From contig MRSU01011195.1 of NCBI GenBank assembly GCA_008369845.1, positions 1 to 64,000 on the forward strand: 64,000 nt of DNA. Direction: 5' to 3'. Made by a program: the position numbers and the translations under genes. The stretch is from Trichomonas gallinae. Taxonomy: Eukaryota. Within the stretch, counting starts at the first letter, position 1; each line of letters starts with the position of its first letter. The notes under the pieces were generated by a model. That model did not search any database, was not told the origin of the DNA, and was given only the letters and a program-made list of their open reading frames with translations. Below, piece after piece: positions 10,256 through 21,014 of the stretch.

Positions 10256-12739
10256 TTGCAACTATTTCTGCACAGTGAACGAGACACTCGCGGTGTTGAA
10301 TACAGCAGTGATTTCAAAGTCCTCATCAATGCTCCTTCAGAGTTATCTGGTGAATACACAGTTAGTTCAGAAGTCACCACAATCCTTGGTGGGAGTAATT
10401 ATGTTGACAGTCCATTCTACAACTGCCGTAAAACACTCACATCCATCCGATTTTCACGAAACAGCCGCTTGACAAGTATTTGCAAGTTCTGTTTTTATGA
10501 CTCAAATCTTATCACAGCTGATCTTCGCGAGTGCATTGTCCTTATGACGTTGAACAATTCACTTTTCTCCAACTGCCGATCTCTCACAGACGTTTTCCTT
10601 CCAAACACACTCGAATATATCCTTGCAGGCTGTTTTTGCAAATGCGAATCTATTGAAACATTTTACATTCCAGACTCTCTTCTTTCCATTGAAGGTGTTA
10701 CTGATGATGGGTTATTTACTTTTGAAAATTCCGTTACTAATTTTGTAATTAATCCGACTTCCAAACTTAATAATCTCCAATCTTATGCATTTGCTAAAAC
10801 AAAAATTACATCGATATATATTCCAAAATCAGCAAATATCGAGATAGCCGTATTTGCCTATTGCATGCTAGAAAACATTGAAATTCATTCAGAAAATAAG
10901 AATTTTAAGACAGATGGACAAACAGTATTTACGGATACTGATAACTCAACTTTGTTGTATGCTTCATGCGCTATTAAAACGAAGTATGAAATCCCATCAT
11001 TTATCAGAAAAATCGCGAATCGAGCTTTTGTTGGAGCATTAATTCCAGAAGTTGTTATGCCAACTGATAAAGTTCTTTCACTTGACACACATACCTTTAT
11101 GAATTCTCAACTAGCAAAAATTAATTTTATCGAAGGATATAAATCAATCCCATTTGCGTTTTTTCAAGGCTGCCAAAATTTAGTTGAGATTCAACTACCA
11201 GATTCTCTAACAAAAATTTGCCAGACTGCATTTTTTGATTGCAAAAATCTATTAAGAATAAATTTGCCTCAAGGTTTAACAACAATAGGTTCAAATGCAT
11301 TTAAAGGATGCAAAGCGTTAACGAAATTAGATTTGCCTCCATCTGTCATAGAAATTGGCCAAGCTGCATTTTCACTTTGCCCAAATCTTGTTGTTAATGT
11401 TTCCAAAAACCCAAACTTTCTGATCAAAGATAACATGCTTTTTAAGAATGGTAAGCAAGAATTAGGCGAATATTTTGGCAGTGATGGTGATGCTAATATT
11501 ACTATACCGGTTGAGTGCAAAATTATTGGTTCTTCAACATTTAGCTACAAGAGCATAAGTTCTATCAAATTTTCAAATAATGATAATCTTACTGTTGGAG
11601 ACAGCGCATTTTTCAGCTGTTCACTTGTTTCAATTGAATTTCCACCTGGCTTGAAATCATTGGGACAGAAATGTTTTCACACATGTCCAAGATTGACGAC
11701 AGTTTCATTCACTGGGAATTTGTTGACATCAATTCCTAACTATTGTTTCTATTATTGTCCAATGCTTAATAACATAACGCTTCCTAGTTCAGTCACAAGC
11801 ATTGGTGTCTCATCATTCCAAGGCTGTTCAAACATCGGCGACATTGGCTTGTCATCAACAGCTGTTACAATCATTGGACAGAATGCATTCTTCACGAGTG
11901 GACTTAGTGATGCCAGTCTTCCACACACAATCACACGAATCGACTATGGTTCATTTTGCAACAGCGGCATCACTAAAGTTGTCATCTCATGCAGTTCTAT
12001 CAACCAACGCAGCTTCAGCACATGCACATCTCTCATTAATGCCACTCTTTGTGATGGTGTCGAATCCATCGACCAGTACTCATTCAATGGATGCTCTTCA
12101 CTCGAGTATGTCTATCTCCCAGTAAGCATCAGATCCATTGGTGAGTTCTGCTTCCTTGACTGTTTCTCACTGAAACATGTTTTTCTTGCCGCAGAAAGCA
12201 GTCTTTCAGAAGTGAAAGGTGGTGTCTTCGTTGGATGCACATCTCTCACAAACATCAGTGTCTCTCCGATAGACAGCAAATTTGTTTTCGAGAACGGTGC
12301 ACTGATGAACCGTGCAGAGACTAACCTCATCACATTCCTTCCACACAGCGGCATCACGACATTCGCAGTTCCTCCTCCTATGGAGACAATCGGTGCATAT
12401 GCATTCATGTCATGCCGGACTCTTGTTCGTGTCATATTTAGCGGCAGCAACATCAAGCGTCTTAGCTACCAATCGTTCAAAGGCTGCTCTAAGCTTTCAT
12501 TTATCTTCTTCAGCTCATCTAGTCTTACCACGATCGACAACGAAGTCTTCTCCGGTTGTCCTCTTCTTTGGCACTGTGGGTCAATCTCGTGTCCTCCAAC
12601 ACTATATCATGTCTTCCTTTCAGCAGGCCTCCCTCAACAATCTATGAATTCTGACTGCCACGAACATGTTTTCTCATGCAACTACAAACCATGTTCAACA
12701 CCACACTTTATTTACTACTCTGTATTTATAATAATGTAA
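10256..12739 (+). CDS. BspA-like (TpLRR) leucine-rich repeat surface protein; start codon apparently out of frame
   Basis: Many LxxIxLPxxLxxIgxxAFxxCxxL repeats and a Cys-containing, hydrophobic C-terminus. The ORF opens on TTG after an in-frame TAA at 10244-10246; the nearby ATG 10246 is one base out of frame. Confidence 0.85.
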   Translation: MQLFLHSERDTRGVEYSSDFKVLINAPSELSGEYTVSSEVTTILGGSNYVDSPFYNCRKTLTSIRFSRNSRLTSICKFCFYDSNLITADLRECIVLMTLNNSLFSNCRSLTDVFLPNTLEYILAGCFCKCESIETFYIPDSLLSIEGVTDDGLFTFENSVTNFVINPTSKLNNLQSYAFAKTKITSIYIPKSANIEIAVFAYCMLENIEIHSENKNFKTDGQTVFTDTDNSTLLYASCAIKTKYEIPSFIRKIANRAFVGALIPEVVMPTDKVLSLDTHTFMNSQLAKINFIEGYKSIPFAFFQGCQNLVEIQLPDSLTKICQTAFFDCKNLLRINLPQGLTTIGSNAFKGCKALTKLDLPPSVIEIGQAAFSLCPNLVVNVSKNPNFLIKDNMLFKNGKQELGEYFGSDGDANITIPVECKIIGSSTFSYKSISSIKFSNNDNLTVGDSAFFSCSLVSIEFPPGLKSLGQKCFHTCPRLTTVSFTGNLLTSIPNYCFYYCPMLNNITLPSSVTSIGVSSFQGCSNIGDIGLSSTAVTIIGQNAFFTSGLSDASLPHTITRIDYGSFCNSGITKVVISCSSINQRSFSTCTSLINATLCDGVESIDQYSFNGCSSLEYVYLPVSIRSIGEFCFLDCFSLKHVFLAAESSLSEVKGGVFVGCTSLTNISVSPIDSKFVFENGALMNRAETNLITFLPHSGITTFAVPPPMETIGAYAFMSCRTLVRVIFSGSNIKRLSYQSFKGCSKLSFIFFSSSSLTTIDNEVFSGCPLLWHCGSISCPPTLYHVFLSAGLPQQSMNSDCHEHVFSCNYKPCSTPHFIYYSVFIIM

Positions 12740-12988
12740 AAATTTATTTTAATATTCTAGTCAACAATAAGAAAGGAATTAAAAAAAAATATAATTTCAT
12801 GAATGCAAATAGTAGAACTATCTCGCGTGCAATTTATACATTGTATCTTTATCTTCTAAAACATCAACCTTTAATTTGAATAAACATTAAAATCATCATA
12901 GAACAATTAAATAAAGAAACAGCTATGTGCCGAAAATATTAATTCATTAACATAGAAATATTTTGGCAGAAGAAAACTATAATATTAC

Positions 12989-13308
12989 AGTTTACTTCCG
13001 AAACAGATTGGTCTTGACATCAACAAGGTCGATTCTACAGGTCTCACATTTCTCCACTTCGAATGCTTCTGTGGATCATTGGAGCAAGTGAGATCTCTCA
13101 TCGACCTCGGAGTAAGCTATGACGTAAGGGATCGCAAAGACGTTGCTAACTCTTCTTCTCGATCTTCAACCAAAGTCAGTCGAGGGAAGTTGTAGAGTAC
13201 ATGCTAAATCAATGCAACTTCTCAGTCGATGAGCGTGATTACAACGGAGTGACACCACTCATGATGATTGCAAGCGGCATGCCATTACAACAAGCCCTTG
13301 AAATCTGA
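12989..13308 (+). pseudogene. Frameshifted ankyrin-repeat gene fragment
   Basis: Frame A reads KQIGLDINKVDSTGLTFLHFECFCGSLEQVRSLIDLGVSYDVRDRK; a shifted frame reads EVVEYMLNQCNFSVDERDYNGVTPLMMIA. No start codon precedes the first repeat, and there are internal stops. Confidence 0.7.
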
Positions 13309-13573
13309 CATATATTTAATAATTTAACATATTCTTTACACAAGAAATGTCGATAAAAACTTTTAAACGTCGTGGATTATTAAATTAAATACAAGATTAA
13401 TACTTAGCTCCAATCCCCTTGACAAATATCAAAATAAACGAAAAATTGTAAATATGAACACATAATGATCATTATTCTAGAATATGTTATAAGGTTCAGG
13501 TTTTTGTTAGGAAGTTTATTGTAAGTACATTGTATTACATTTATTAATAAAGATTCGCAAAAAAAATATAAAA

Positions 13574-15604
13574 TTATTCAGGAGTGAAAAATCCCCAAAC
13601 TTCGATTTGATCAGCAACGAAACGTGATTTTCCGGCGAGGAACTCCTTTGCCTTTTGTGAGCCGTAAAGGAATCCAATGCCATAGGAATTTTCAATCTCT
13701 GAATAGCATTTATCGAAATCATCGCCAGCGATAACCAAGTCCTTGTCTCCCCAGCAAATCTTGTCTTCTGTGCCCATCGTGTAGAACTTCTGCTCGCTCT
13801 GTCCTCCATATGGGATGAATGCATCTCGTGTTATTGAGAACAAGAATGATGATGACTTGTCGGTCTTCTTGATTCCATCGCTTGTCCACTTAGAAGCTGC
13901 GAAACCGCCGAAGACTTTGTCACCGCATCTGACTAAAACGCACGTGATTCCCATGTTATCGATCATCTTCTTCATCATTCTGAAGCTCCTGCCATGTGTG
14001 TCACTGCTGTACAAGACATGCGGCTCTGGAACGCCTTTGAATGGGAAGCACATGTAAAGTTTGTTCCTTAATGATCCATCTTTGAGGATTCTTGATTCGT
14101 TGAATGGAACGAAATTGATCGAGATTCCTTGAGCGTCGTATTTAGCCTGCTTCCTCTGAGCCATCTTGGTGAGCTTGGTGTAATGCGGATCCTTTGGTTC
14201 CAAAACTGTCGACTGTTCTTCGGTGGTGTATGTGTAAGAATATTCTGACTTCGATGGATTCTGCTGTGGTGAGTTGAGTCCTCTCTGCATCACGGACTGC
14301 TTGGAAGACTTGGCCTGCTCAATGCGTGGTGGAGAGACTTCGATGCGTCCGTAGACAATCAAGTTGCCTTCAGCTTCGATTTTCGGTGGTAAGTCATCCA
14401 GTAATGTTTTTTCGAGATTCATGTTCCTGAAAACTGTTTCGAGCAATGGAACTGGCTCGCCTTTGGCCTTGTAGATCTCGAGCATAGATTTCTGGCGCCT
14501 GAGTTCTTCCTTCTTCCTCTGCAATTCGACTTGTTTCGATTTGACAGCATTGGCAATTTTTGCGTTTTGTATTCTTGAGTCTTCGATTGCCTTCATCGCG
14601 ATTCTCATGATTTCGTCTTCAACTGTCTTCTGGTTCATCTTGATCTCCTGAAGCTTCTCGTCCATCTCCTCGAGAGCACTGTCGATTTTACGCTGCCTGT
14701 CATCGAAGAATGGCTGTGGACGCTTAAGTATGTTCATAGCTTCTGTGTAAGCTCTGTCGATTGGAACCAATTTGTGCTTCGAGGCTTCTCCATGTGCGTG
14801 ACTACCCTTTACCTTGCATTCCATGCAAACCGGGCAGTGGCACTTCTGGCAGTAGTACATAACGTTGCAATTCTTATGCTCTGGGCACTTTTGAATGTAA
14901 GGAAGCGATTCTAGTAAGTTAGAACGCTTGTGGTCCTTGGAGAAATCATTTGTATGGATCTTCTCGTCGCATTCTGTGCATAATCTCTTAGCATCGTGTT
15001 CGCAATAAATTGTTGCGTTGTGATTGCCGCAGATATCACAGATATGATAGCATGGCTCCTTATCAGAAAAGCCTTCTTTGTATTCAAACTTGCAAATATG
15101 AAGAGCACGGACTTGTCCAGGATTGAAAACAACGAATCTGTTGTCTCCAACGCGTAATGTCTCGTATCCTTCTTGAAGATTCGATACTGTTGGTGTCTGT
15201 GCCAAGTATTTGACGCTATCTATACCAGCTTTAATATCTTGATAATTGATAATTTTTCCTAAAGCAACTTGAAGATGGAAAACTTCATTGAGAACATTTG
15301 ACTGGTTGAGCGGAACTGTGTCGGCTGTAAAAGTGAATCCGTCATTCGGATGAACTTTGATTCCGTGCGAAACGATATCGTTTTTAGACTGCTTGATGCC
15401 AACTGTTGGGATAAAAACATCAACAACATTGGCTGGTTGATGGGATTTAACGAAATTGTTGAATTGAGAATTAACTGGTTTTAAGCTAATATCGAATAAA
15501 TCCACAAGCTCCAAGCTTGGTGCATTGAGCTGAAGCCTGAGCTGGTGTTCAACGTATCCAAACTCTTCACTGAAAGGCGAGACTTTTGGGATGGTTAATG
15601 ACAT
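13574..15604 (-). CDS. B-box zinc finger / coiled-coil / TLDc domain protein
   Basis: Two B-boxes (CDICGNHNATIYCEHDAKRLCTECDEKIH; CPEH...YYCQKCHCPVCMEC), a coiled coil, and a C-terminal TLDc (LYSSDTHG.SF...VFGGFA...SFLFSI...IEVW). Confidence 0.9.
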   Translation of the reverse strand: MSLTIPKVSPFSEEFGYVEHQLRLQLNAPSLELVDLFDISLKPVNSQFNNFVKSHQPANVVDVFIPTVGIKQSKNDIVSHGIKVHPNDGFTFTADTVPLNQSNVLNEVFHLQVALGKIINYQDIKAGIDSVKYLAQTPTVSNLQEGYETLRVGDNRFVVFNPGQVRALHICKFEYKEGFSDKEPCYHICDICGNHNATIYCEHDAKRLCTECDEKIHTNDFSKDHKRSNLLESLPYIQKCPEHKNCNVMYYCQKCHCPVCMECKVKGSHAHGEASKHKLVPIDRAYTEAMNILKRPQPFFDDRQRKIDSALEEMDEKLQEIKMNQKTVEDEIMRIAMKAIEDSRIQNAKIANAVKSKQVELQRKKEELRRQKSMLEIYKAKGEPVPLLETVFRNMNLEKTLLDDLPPKIEAEGNLIVYGRIEVSPPRIEQAKSSKQSVMQRGLNSPQQNPSKSEYSYTYTTEEQSTVLEPKDPHYTKLTKMAQRKQAKYDAQGISINFVPFNESRILKDGSLRNKLYMCFPFKGVPEPHVLYSSDTHGRSFRMMKKMIDNMGITCVLVRCGDKVFGGFAASKWTSDGIKKTDKSSSFLFSITRDAFIPYGGQSEQKFYTMGTEDKICWGDKDLVIAGDDFDKCYSEIENSYGIGFLYGSQKAKEFLAGKSRFVADQIEVWGFFTPE

Positions 15605-15752
15605 TATTTAGTTTTTAGAGTGAAACTGTTAGACGTTAATTTTTTTTTTTCATTTGTAAACTCGACCTTGATTTTATTGCATTTTTAGTATATTCATGAA
15701 TTTTTTTATATATTTTTTACAAAATTTTGCTTATTCATTCAGTTTTTTAAAA

Positions 15753-16320
15753 TTTCAAAATAAAAACATGCATTTTAACTGATATTTAGTATATCATTCT
15801 TACATATGTAAGTTGATAAGATATTTTGTTGATTTAAAAATATATATTACCTATTGATTTTCAAAATTCAAAATCAAAACATAGATTTTAACTGATATTT
15901 AGTATATCTACAATGCATATGTAAGTTGTTAAGCTGTTTTGTTGATTTAAAATATATACTATCTGTTGATATTAAAAATTCAAAAGAAAAACTTGCATTT
16001 TAACTTATATTTAGTACATCAAAAACGTATATGGAAATATATAATATATTTTATCGATATAAAAATATATTACCTGTTGATTTTTATCATTCAAAATATG
16101 AAATTTGCATTTTAACATATTTCTAGTAGACTTCAAAACTATATAGACATAGTTAATTTATTTTATTGATTTAAAAATACATATTATGCAATGATTTTTT
16201 TATTTCCGATTAAAATTTGCATTTCAACCAACTTCTAGTATATCAAAAAACTATAAAGAACTAGTTAATATGTTTGTTTAAGTCAAAAATAAGTATTACT
16301 TATTGAATTTTTATTTCATC
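15753..16320. repeat. Degenerate tandem repeat, ~5 units of ~112 bp
   Basis: The GCATTTTAAC-like anchor recurs at 15770, 15884, 15995, 16107 and 16219, each followed by ..TATTTAGTA.ATC...TTTTGTTGATTTAAAA.TATATTAC.-like sequence. Confidence 0.85.
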
Positions 16321-16467
16321 AAATATATTTTGTTGTATTTTAATAAAAACATGTTTGTATTCTAATGAAAATGTTTTATTTGATGTTATTATAATGGAAA
16401 GAAAGTATCTAAAGAAAAATTTAAAGAATAAATATATATATTTTAAAAAAGTATAAAAATAAATATA

Positions 16468-17991
16468 TTATAACGCCGGTGGTAAATCTTTGACAGTATT
16501 TTCGAAGATTGTCTTCGCTGTATTTCTGTAATTATCAATTGCTGTACTATCGAATCCCTGGATCTCATCAATAAGCTTGAAGAGTCTTTCACTTCCAGAG
16601 TAAGCGGCCATGTGCAAAATTGTCTGTCTCTTATCATTCTTTTTATCATAATCTATTCCTGGTGTGATCAACAAGGCTTTTGCGGTCTCAATTGATCCAC
16701 TCTCGCATGCAGCATGGAGAGGTGTTTCTCCATCAACACCACGAGCATTAATATTGGCACCTTTAATTTTCAATAATTGAACACCCGCAATAAAGTTGGA
16801 ACGAGCAGCTTCTATGAGTGCATCATCCAAGTCTGCCTGTGTAACATCTGTATGTTCGAGCAACCAGTAAAGTGCATCAAGTCTTCTATTTGTTGCAGCT
16901 GCAGCAATGACTGCGTGGTTCTTGCTTGGTGGTTTCTCTGTATATAAGCTTGCCTGAACAGCAGCATGTGTTCCAATTGCGCCAAGTTCGTGTGTAAACT
17001 GACGATAAATTACTTGATTTTCTTCTGTTCCACTTTCATCGTCATTTTTACCAGAAAGGAGATGGTTTTTGGCTAAGTGTTCAAGAATAGTTGTGTTTCC
17101 ACCAGCTGCTGCGTAATATGAGATAGAATTATTTGAAAAATCTTTTAGACGAGAGCATTTGTATGTTTGGAGGATAATTGGACCAGCGATACCAAGATAT
17201 GCGCAGATCATTAAGATATGTGGGCGTAATGAAAACCATTGGTTTGGATACAATGGATTTGGCGGCATCTGGAAGTCATCGGTCCTTGAAATGTTCTGAA
17301 TTGTTTCCTCATTATGCTTGATGAGTTTTTCGATAATGGATCCTTCTTCAAATCCGCTGTCAAGATAAGCAGCAGTTTTGATCCACTTCCTGTGTTTGTT
17401 AAATTTGGATGTTGTAAGTGGCTCGTTGACATATGGTTGTATAAGATCTCTATATGACTGCGAAAGAAGGTCGAAATCTGTTATTTGAGCGAGAATTTGA
17501 TTAAATTGTTCTGGATCATCAACTTCGAGTTCTGGAGTGAAATGGAAGAATAGAAGGAAGTATTGGTTCTCGAATTGCTTTGGATATTTTGATAAAACAT
17601 ACTTAATATCATTAAGAGTATATATTCCATCTTTGAAAAGATACCTAAGTATTTTGAAATGGAAGATCTTTTTCCTAGTATCTGAAATCGCTGTTCCGTA
17701 GAATTTAAGAGCCTCTTCCCGAAATAGAGAATAAGCCTTGCAATAATATGCGATAGTTTTAACGATTGCTTCCGAATTCTGTTGTGGATCCATATAAGCA
17801 GCAGATAAATCGCGAAGTAGGAAGTTGAATGTTTCCCTATCTTCTGTTTGAATAAGAAAACCGAGAGAATTTAGCAAATCTTCTTCATTCATTCCCTGTG
17901 TTCTCGAGAGGATGAACTGGGCCTTCGCAAGGGCCTCGAGTTGGTCCTCTCTGGCGATTGGAGCGCCCCCAATTTTCACAGGAATCGACAT
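16468..17991 (-). CDS. Ankyrin-repeat protein (trichomonad expanded family type)
   Basis: C-terminal ANK repeats (GANINARGVDGETPLHAACESG, KRQTILHMAAYSG) after an N-terminal helical domain. Confidence 0.9.
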   Translation of the reverse strand: MSIPVKIGGAPIAREDQLEALAKAQFILSRTQGMNEEDLLNSLGFLIQTEDRETFNFLLRDLSAAYMDPQQNSEAIVKTIAYYCKAYSLFREEALKFYGTAISDTRKKIFHFKILRYLFKDGIYTLNDIKYVLSKYPKQFENQYFLLFFHFTPELEVDDPEQFNQILAQITDFDLLSQSYRDLIQPYVNEPLTTSKFNKHRKWIKTAAYLDSGFEEGSIIEKLIKHNEETIQNISRTDDFQMPPNPLYPNQWFSLRPHILMICAYLGIAGPIILQTYKCSRLKDFSNNSISYYAAAGGNTTILEHLAKNHLLSGKNDDESGTEENQVIYRQFTHELGAIGTHAAVQASLYTEKPPSKNHAVIAAAATNRRLDALYWLLEHTDVTQADLDDALIEAARSNFIAGVQLLKIKGANINARGVDGETPLHAACESGSIETAKALLITPGIDYDKKNDKRQTILHMAAYSGSERLFKLIDEIQGFDSTAIDNYRNTAKTIFENTVKDLPPAL

Positions 17992-18813
17992 TTTGGATAT
18001 AACTGTTTCAGTTAGAATTCTGGAAATTTGTTTTTCTTATCATTCATTGTCTCTACATCATATATAAATGGCTTTGTCTAAATTTGAGTTGGTTTGGCGG
18101 TTTTTTCTTACATCACTTTTCTTCCCGTTTTTCGTTATTGGTAAAGCAACTAGATGCATTTCTGTATCCACGTCAAAAGAAATCGTTAGATATAAACCAT
18201 TAACCAGATTTTTACACGACAAAATTATTATTTATTTGTCAAAACTGCACTTATTTGAATTGATTTACACGACAAAATTTAAATTTATTTGTCAAAATTA
18301 TTTGAATTAATTTACATGCCAAATTTCATTACCTCAAATCTTAAGATTATTTACATATTTACACGACAAATTTCTTTAAAGAAAATGAATGAGGTAGAAT
18401 CAATTTATAAAACAATATGAGATTTGCTTAGTAAATTGTCATTAATTATGCAATTAATTACCATACAAGATGCTGTTCAAATGCAGAAAGCAAATAAATC
18501 AAAAACAATGGAAAACTGCTCTCAAAATCGCGGTAGGGAAAATAAAACGGTTCCAAAGTGTATATGTGATGCACACAATGTGAAGAGGCAGCGTGAACAA
18601 CAATAAAATCATATAAGTCAATTTTGAGAAAGATTTTTTCTGAGAGATAAATCAAATGAGGTTGAAAAGATTTGGAAGAATATGCAGGAAACAGAAATAA
18701 AGAAGATGAGGAAAAAGATTGGCAACTTTTATGAAGGAAATAATCGTTTTAGCCAAAATTCAATTGAATATTTTGATTTTCTTCGATTCACTCAAATTAC
18801 TTCATATATTTCG

Positions 18814-20781
18814 ATGTCTTCAGTCAAGGGAGATCCACTCCTCGAGATACAAGACGGTCTCGAGACAATACCGTCCGACAGCAAGAGAAAGACATTCTTC
18901 TCACGCAAAATTGTTATGTTGTCTTTGATCGTTGCCGGAAGCATCATGTTTGGCGTCATCCTCGCGATGATCTTTACATTCTCCATCCAGAAGAAGCGTA
19001 TCCCAGTCTCAAACCAGTACGACACACTGTCTGGCTGCGACGTCTATCCTTCGATGTCATGCCAAGGCTCGTCGAGCACAATGGACTCTAAGTGGCATAA
19101 CAACAAGTGGAACACGCCTAAGCGCGGCGAGGACAGGTGGAAACCAGGCTTCCAAGACATGTCAACACTCGCAGGCTACGCGCAGCTCAAGTACGCATCA
19201 GGAATGAAGTCGTGCACAGTCAACATCATCACAAAGACCTCAAAGAGCCTCGACCTCACATACTACTTCGACGGCGTCGCGCAGTCTTCGAACAGCAAAA
19301 CGTTCGACACATCGTACAATAAAGTCCTCAAAGTCAAAGTCATCGCGGCAACAGGCGAAGTCCTCGAGCTCGACGGCATCGATTTTCAGTGGAACGCAGC
19401 GCCGATCGCATCTCGCAAGTACAACTACCGCAACGGACAGAAAGGCGCAATCGTCGAGCTCTTCGGATGGCCAGACGACGACATCGCGAAGGAGTGCAAG
19501 TTCATCGCAGACGCTGGATACATGGGTGTCAAGATATTCCCACACCAAGAGCAAATAATGTCATACCAGCCTTTCAACAACCAGATGAACCCATGGTACT
19601 TCATGTACCAGCCAGTCTCATACAGGCTGCAAGGCAGGCTCGGCACGCGCGACCAGCTTCGAAACATGATCAACACATGCCGCTCTTACGGTGTCCGCGT
19701 CTATGCAGACGCTGTCGTCAACCACATGACAGGAAATGGAAACGACTTGTCTAACCACAGAAACCCAGGTGCCGGATGTACGACATGGGGCAACAAGACT
19801 TCATCCGCATACGAGAACGGGTCTCCATACTACACACCAGCATACACATACGAGATCAACCCGAACACAGGCAGAGGAACGAACGCACTCGAGTTCCCAG
19901 GCGTCCCGTATGGCCCAGAGGACTTCCACTGCGACAAAGCACTCAACTCTTGGAACGACCCTAACATCCTCAACTCTGGATGGCTTTCCGGACTGTCTGA
20001 CCTCGACACATCAAAGGAATACGTCCGCCAGCGAATCGCAGACTTCATGGTCGATCTCATCTCCATCGGCTTCAGCGGCTACAGAGTTGACGCAGCGAAG
20101 CACATTCAGCCATCAGACTTGGCTGCAATCTTCGGCAAAGTCAAGGCAGGCCTCGGTGGCAAGCTCCCAGACGACTTCATCACATGGCTCGAAGTCCTCA
20201 CAGGTGGCGAGTCGCAGATGCTCGTCCAAGGTGACGGTGACTACTCATTCACAGGTGGTCTTACTAAGTTCTTGAAGGCAAACGGGCTCAGCGACGACGA
20301 GATCCTCAAGATCAAGATCTGGTGGTCAGGATACCCAACAGAGCCATGGAACGACAATGGATCAATCGACATCCGTCGCAAAGTCATCCAGAACGACGAC
20401 CACGACCAACAGAACGATGGCTCTTCATCACGCGACATGCACGACGAGGGCTGCGTCTTGTTCAAAGGCTGCTCGCCAGACTCACACAGGTCGTATGAAG
20501 TCAAGCTGTTCACAAACCCGAATGGCGCCAACAACAACAAGGAAGACTACCCAATCAGGATGGTCCTCTCATCTTACTACAAGGCAGCCAACGGCGCCAT
20601 GGGCATCCCAGACGGCATGTCTACATGCGACAAGTGCACAACGACATGTGGTGGATGCAAGGACAGACCATTCGTCCAGGCATACAACCCATCTGCGACA
20701 TCTTACCCAGGTGGCTACGGCTACACATACGTTCACCGCGACTCTGCGATCATCAACGCGATGAACAACTGGATGGCATGA
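18814..20781 (+). CDS. Alpha-amylase (GH13) with N-terminal membrane anchor
   Basis: VELFGW, YQPVSY, DAVVNHM and catalytic motifs GYRVDAAKH / WLEV / QNDDHD; TM segment IVMLSLIVAGSIMFGVILAMIFTFSI. The likely start is ATG 18814 (after an Inr-like TCATA, where GC-rich coding begins). Confidence 0.92.
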   Translation: MSSVKGDPLLEIQDGLETIPSDSKRKTFFSRKIVMLSLIVAGSIMFGVILAMIFTFSIQKKRIPVSNQYDTLSGCDVYPSMSCQGSSSTMDSKWHNNKWNTPKRGEDRWKPGFQDMSTLAGYAQLKYASGMKSCTVNIITKTSKSLDLTYYFDGVAQSSNSKTFDTSYNKVLKVKVIAATGEVLELDGIDFQWNAAPIASRKYNYRNGQKGAIVELFGWPDDDIAKECKFIADAGYMGVKIFPHQEQIMSYQPFNNQMNPWYFMYQPVSYRLQGRLGTRDQLRNMINTCRSYGVRVYADAVVNHMTGNGNDLSNHRNPGAGCTTWGNKTSSAYENGSPYYTPAYTYEINPNTGRGTNALEFPGVPYGPEDFHCDKALNSWNDPNILNSGWLSGLSDLDTSKEYVRQRIADFMVDLISIGFSGYRVDAAKHIQPSDLAAIFGKVKAGLGGKLPDDFITWLEVLTGGESQMLVQGDGDYSFTGGLTKFLKANGLSDDEILKIKIWWSGYPTEPWNDNGSIDIRRKVIQNDDHDQQNDGSSSRDMHDEGCVLFKGCSPDSHRSYEVKLFTNPNGANNNKEDYPIRMVLSSYYKAANGAMGIPDGMSTCDKCTTTCGGCKDRPFVQAYNPSATSYPGGYGYTYVHRDSAIINAMNNWMA

Positions 20782-21014
20782 TCGCCACTCCTCCTATCTC
20801 TCTATAATATAAACTCGTATAATAGTTTATTCTTATCTCTCAATTACCTCTTTTTAAATTGCATTTCAAATATAATGTAATATCTTCAATATCCTAAATA
20901 GTATCAATAACATGTGCAATGTTATATACTCCTTTAGAATAACAAGCAGGGAGTTAATATGCTTTCAAAAAAAAATATAAAATAAAGAAATAAAACATTT
21001 AACAAATATAAACA

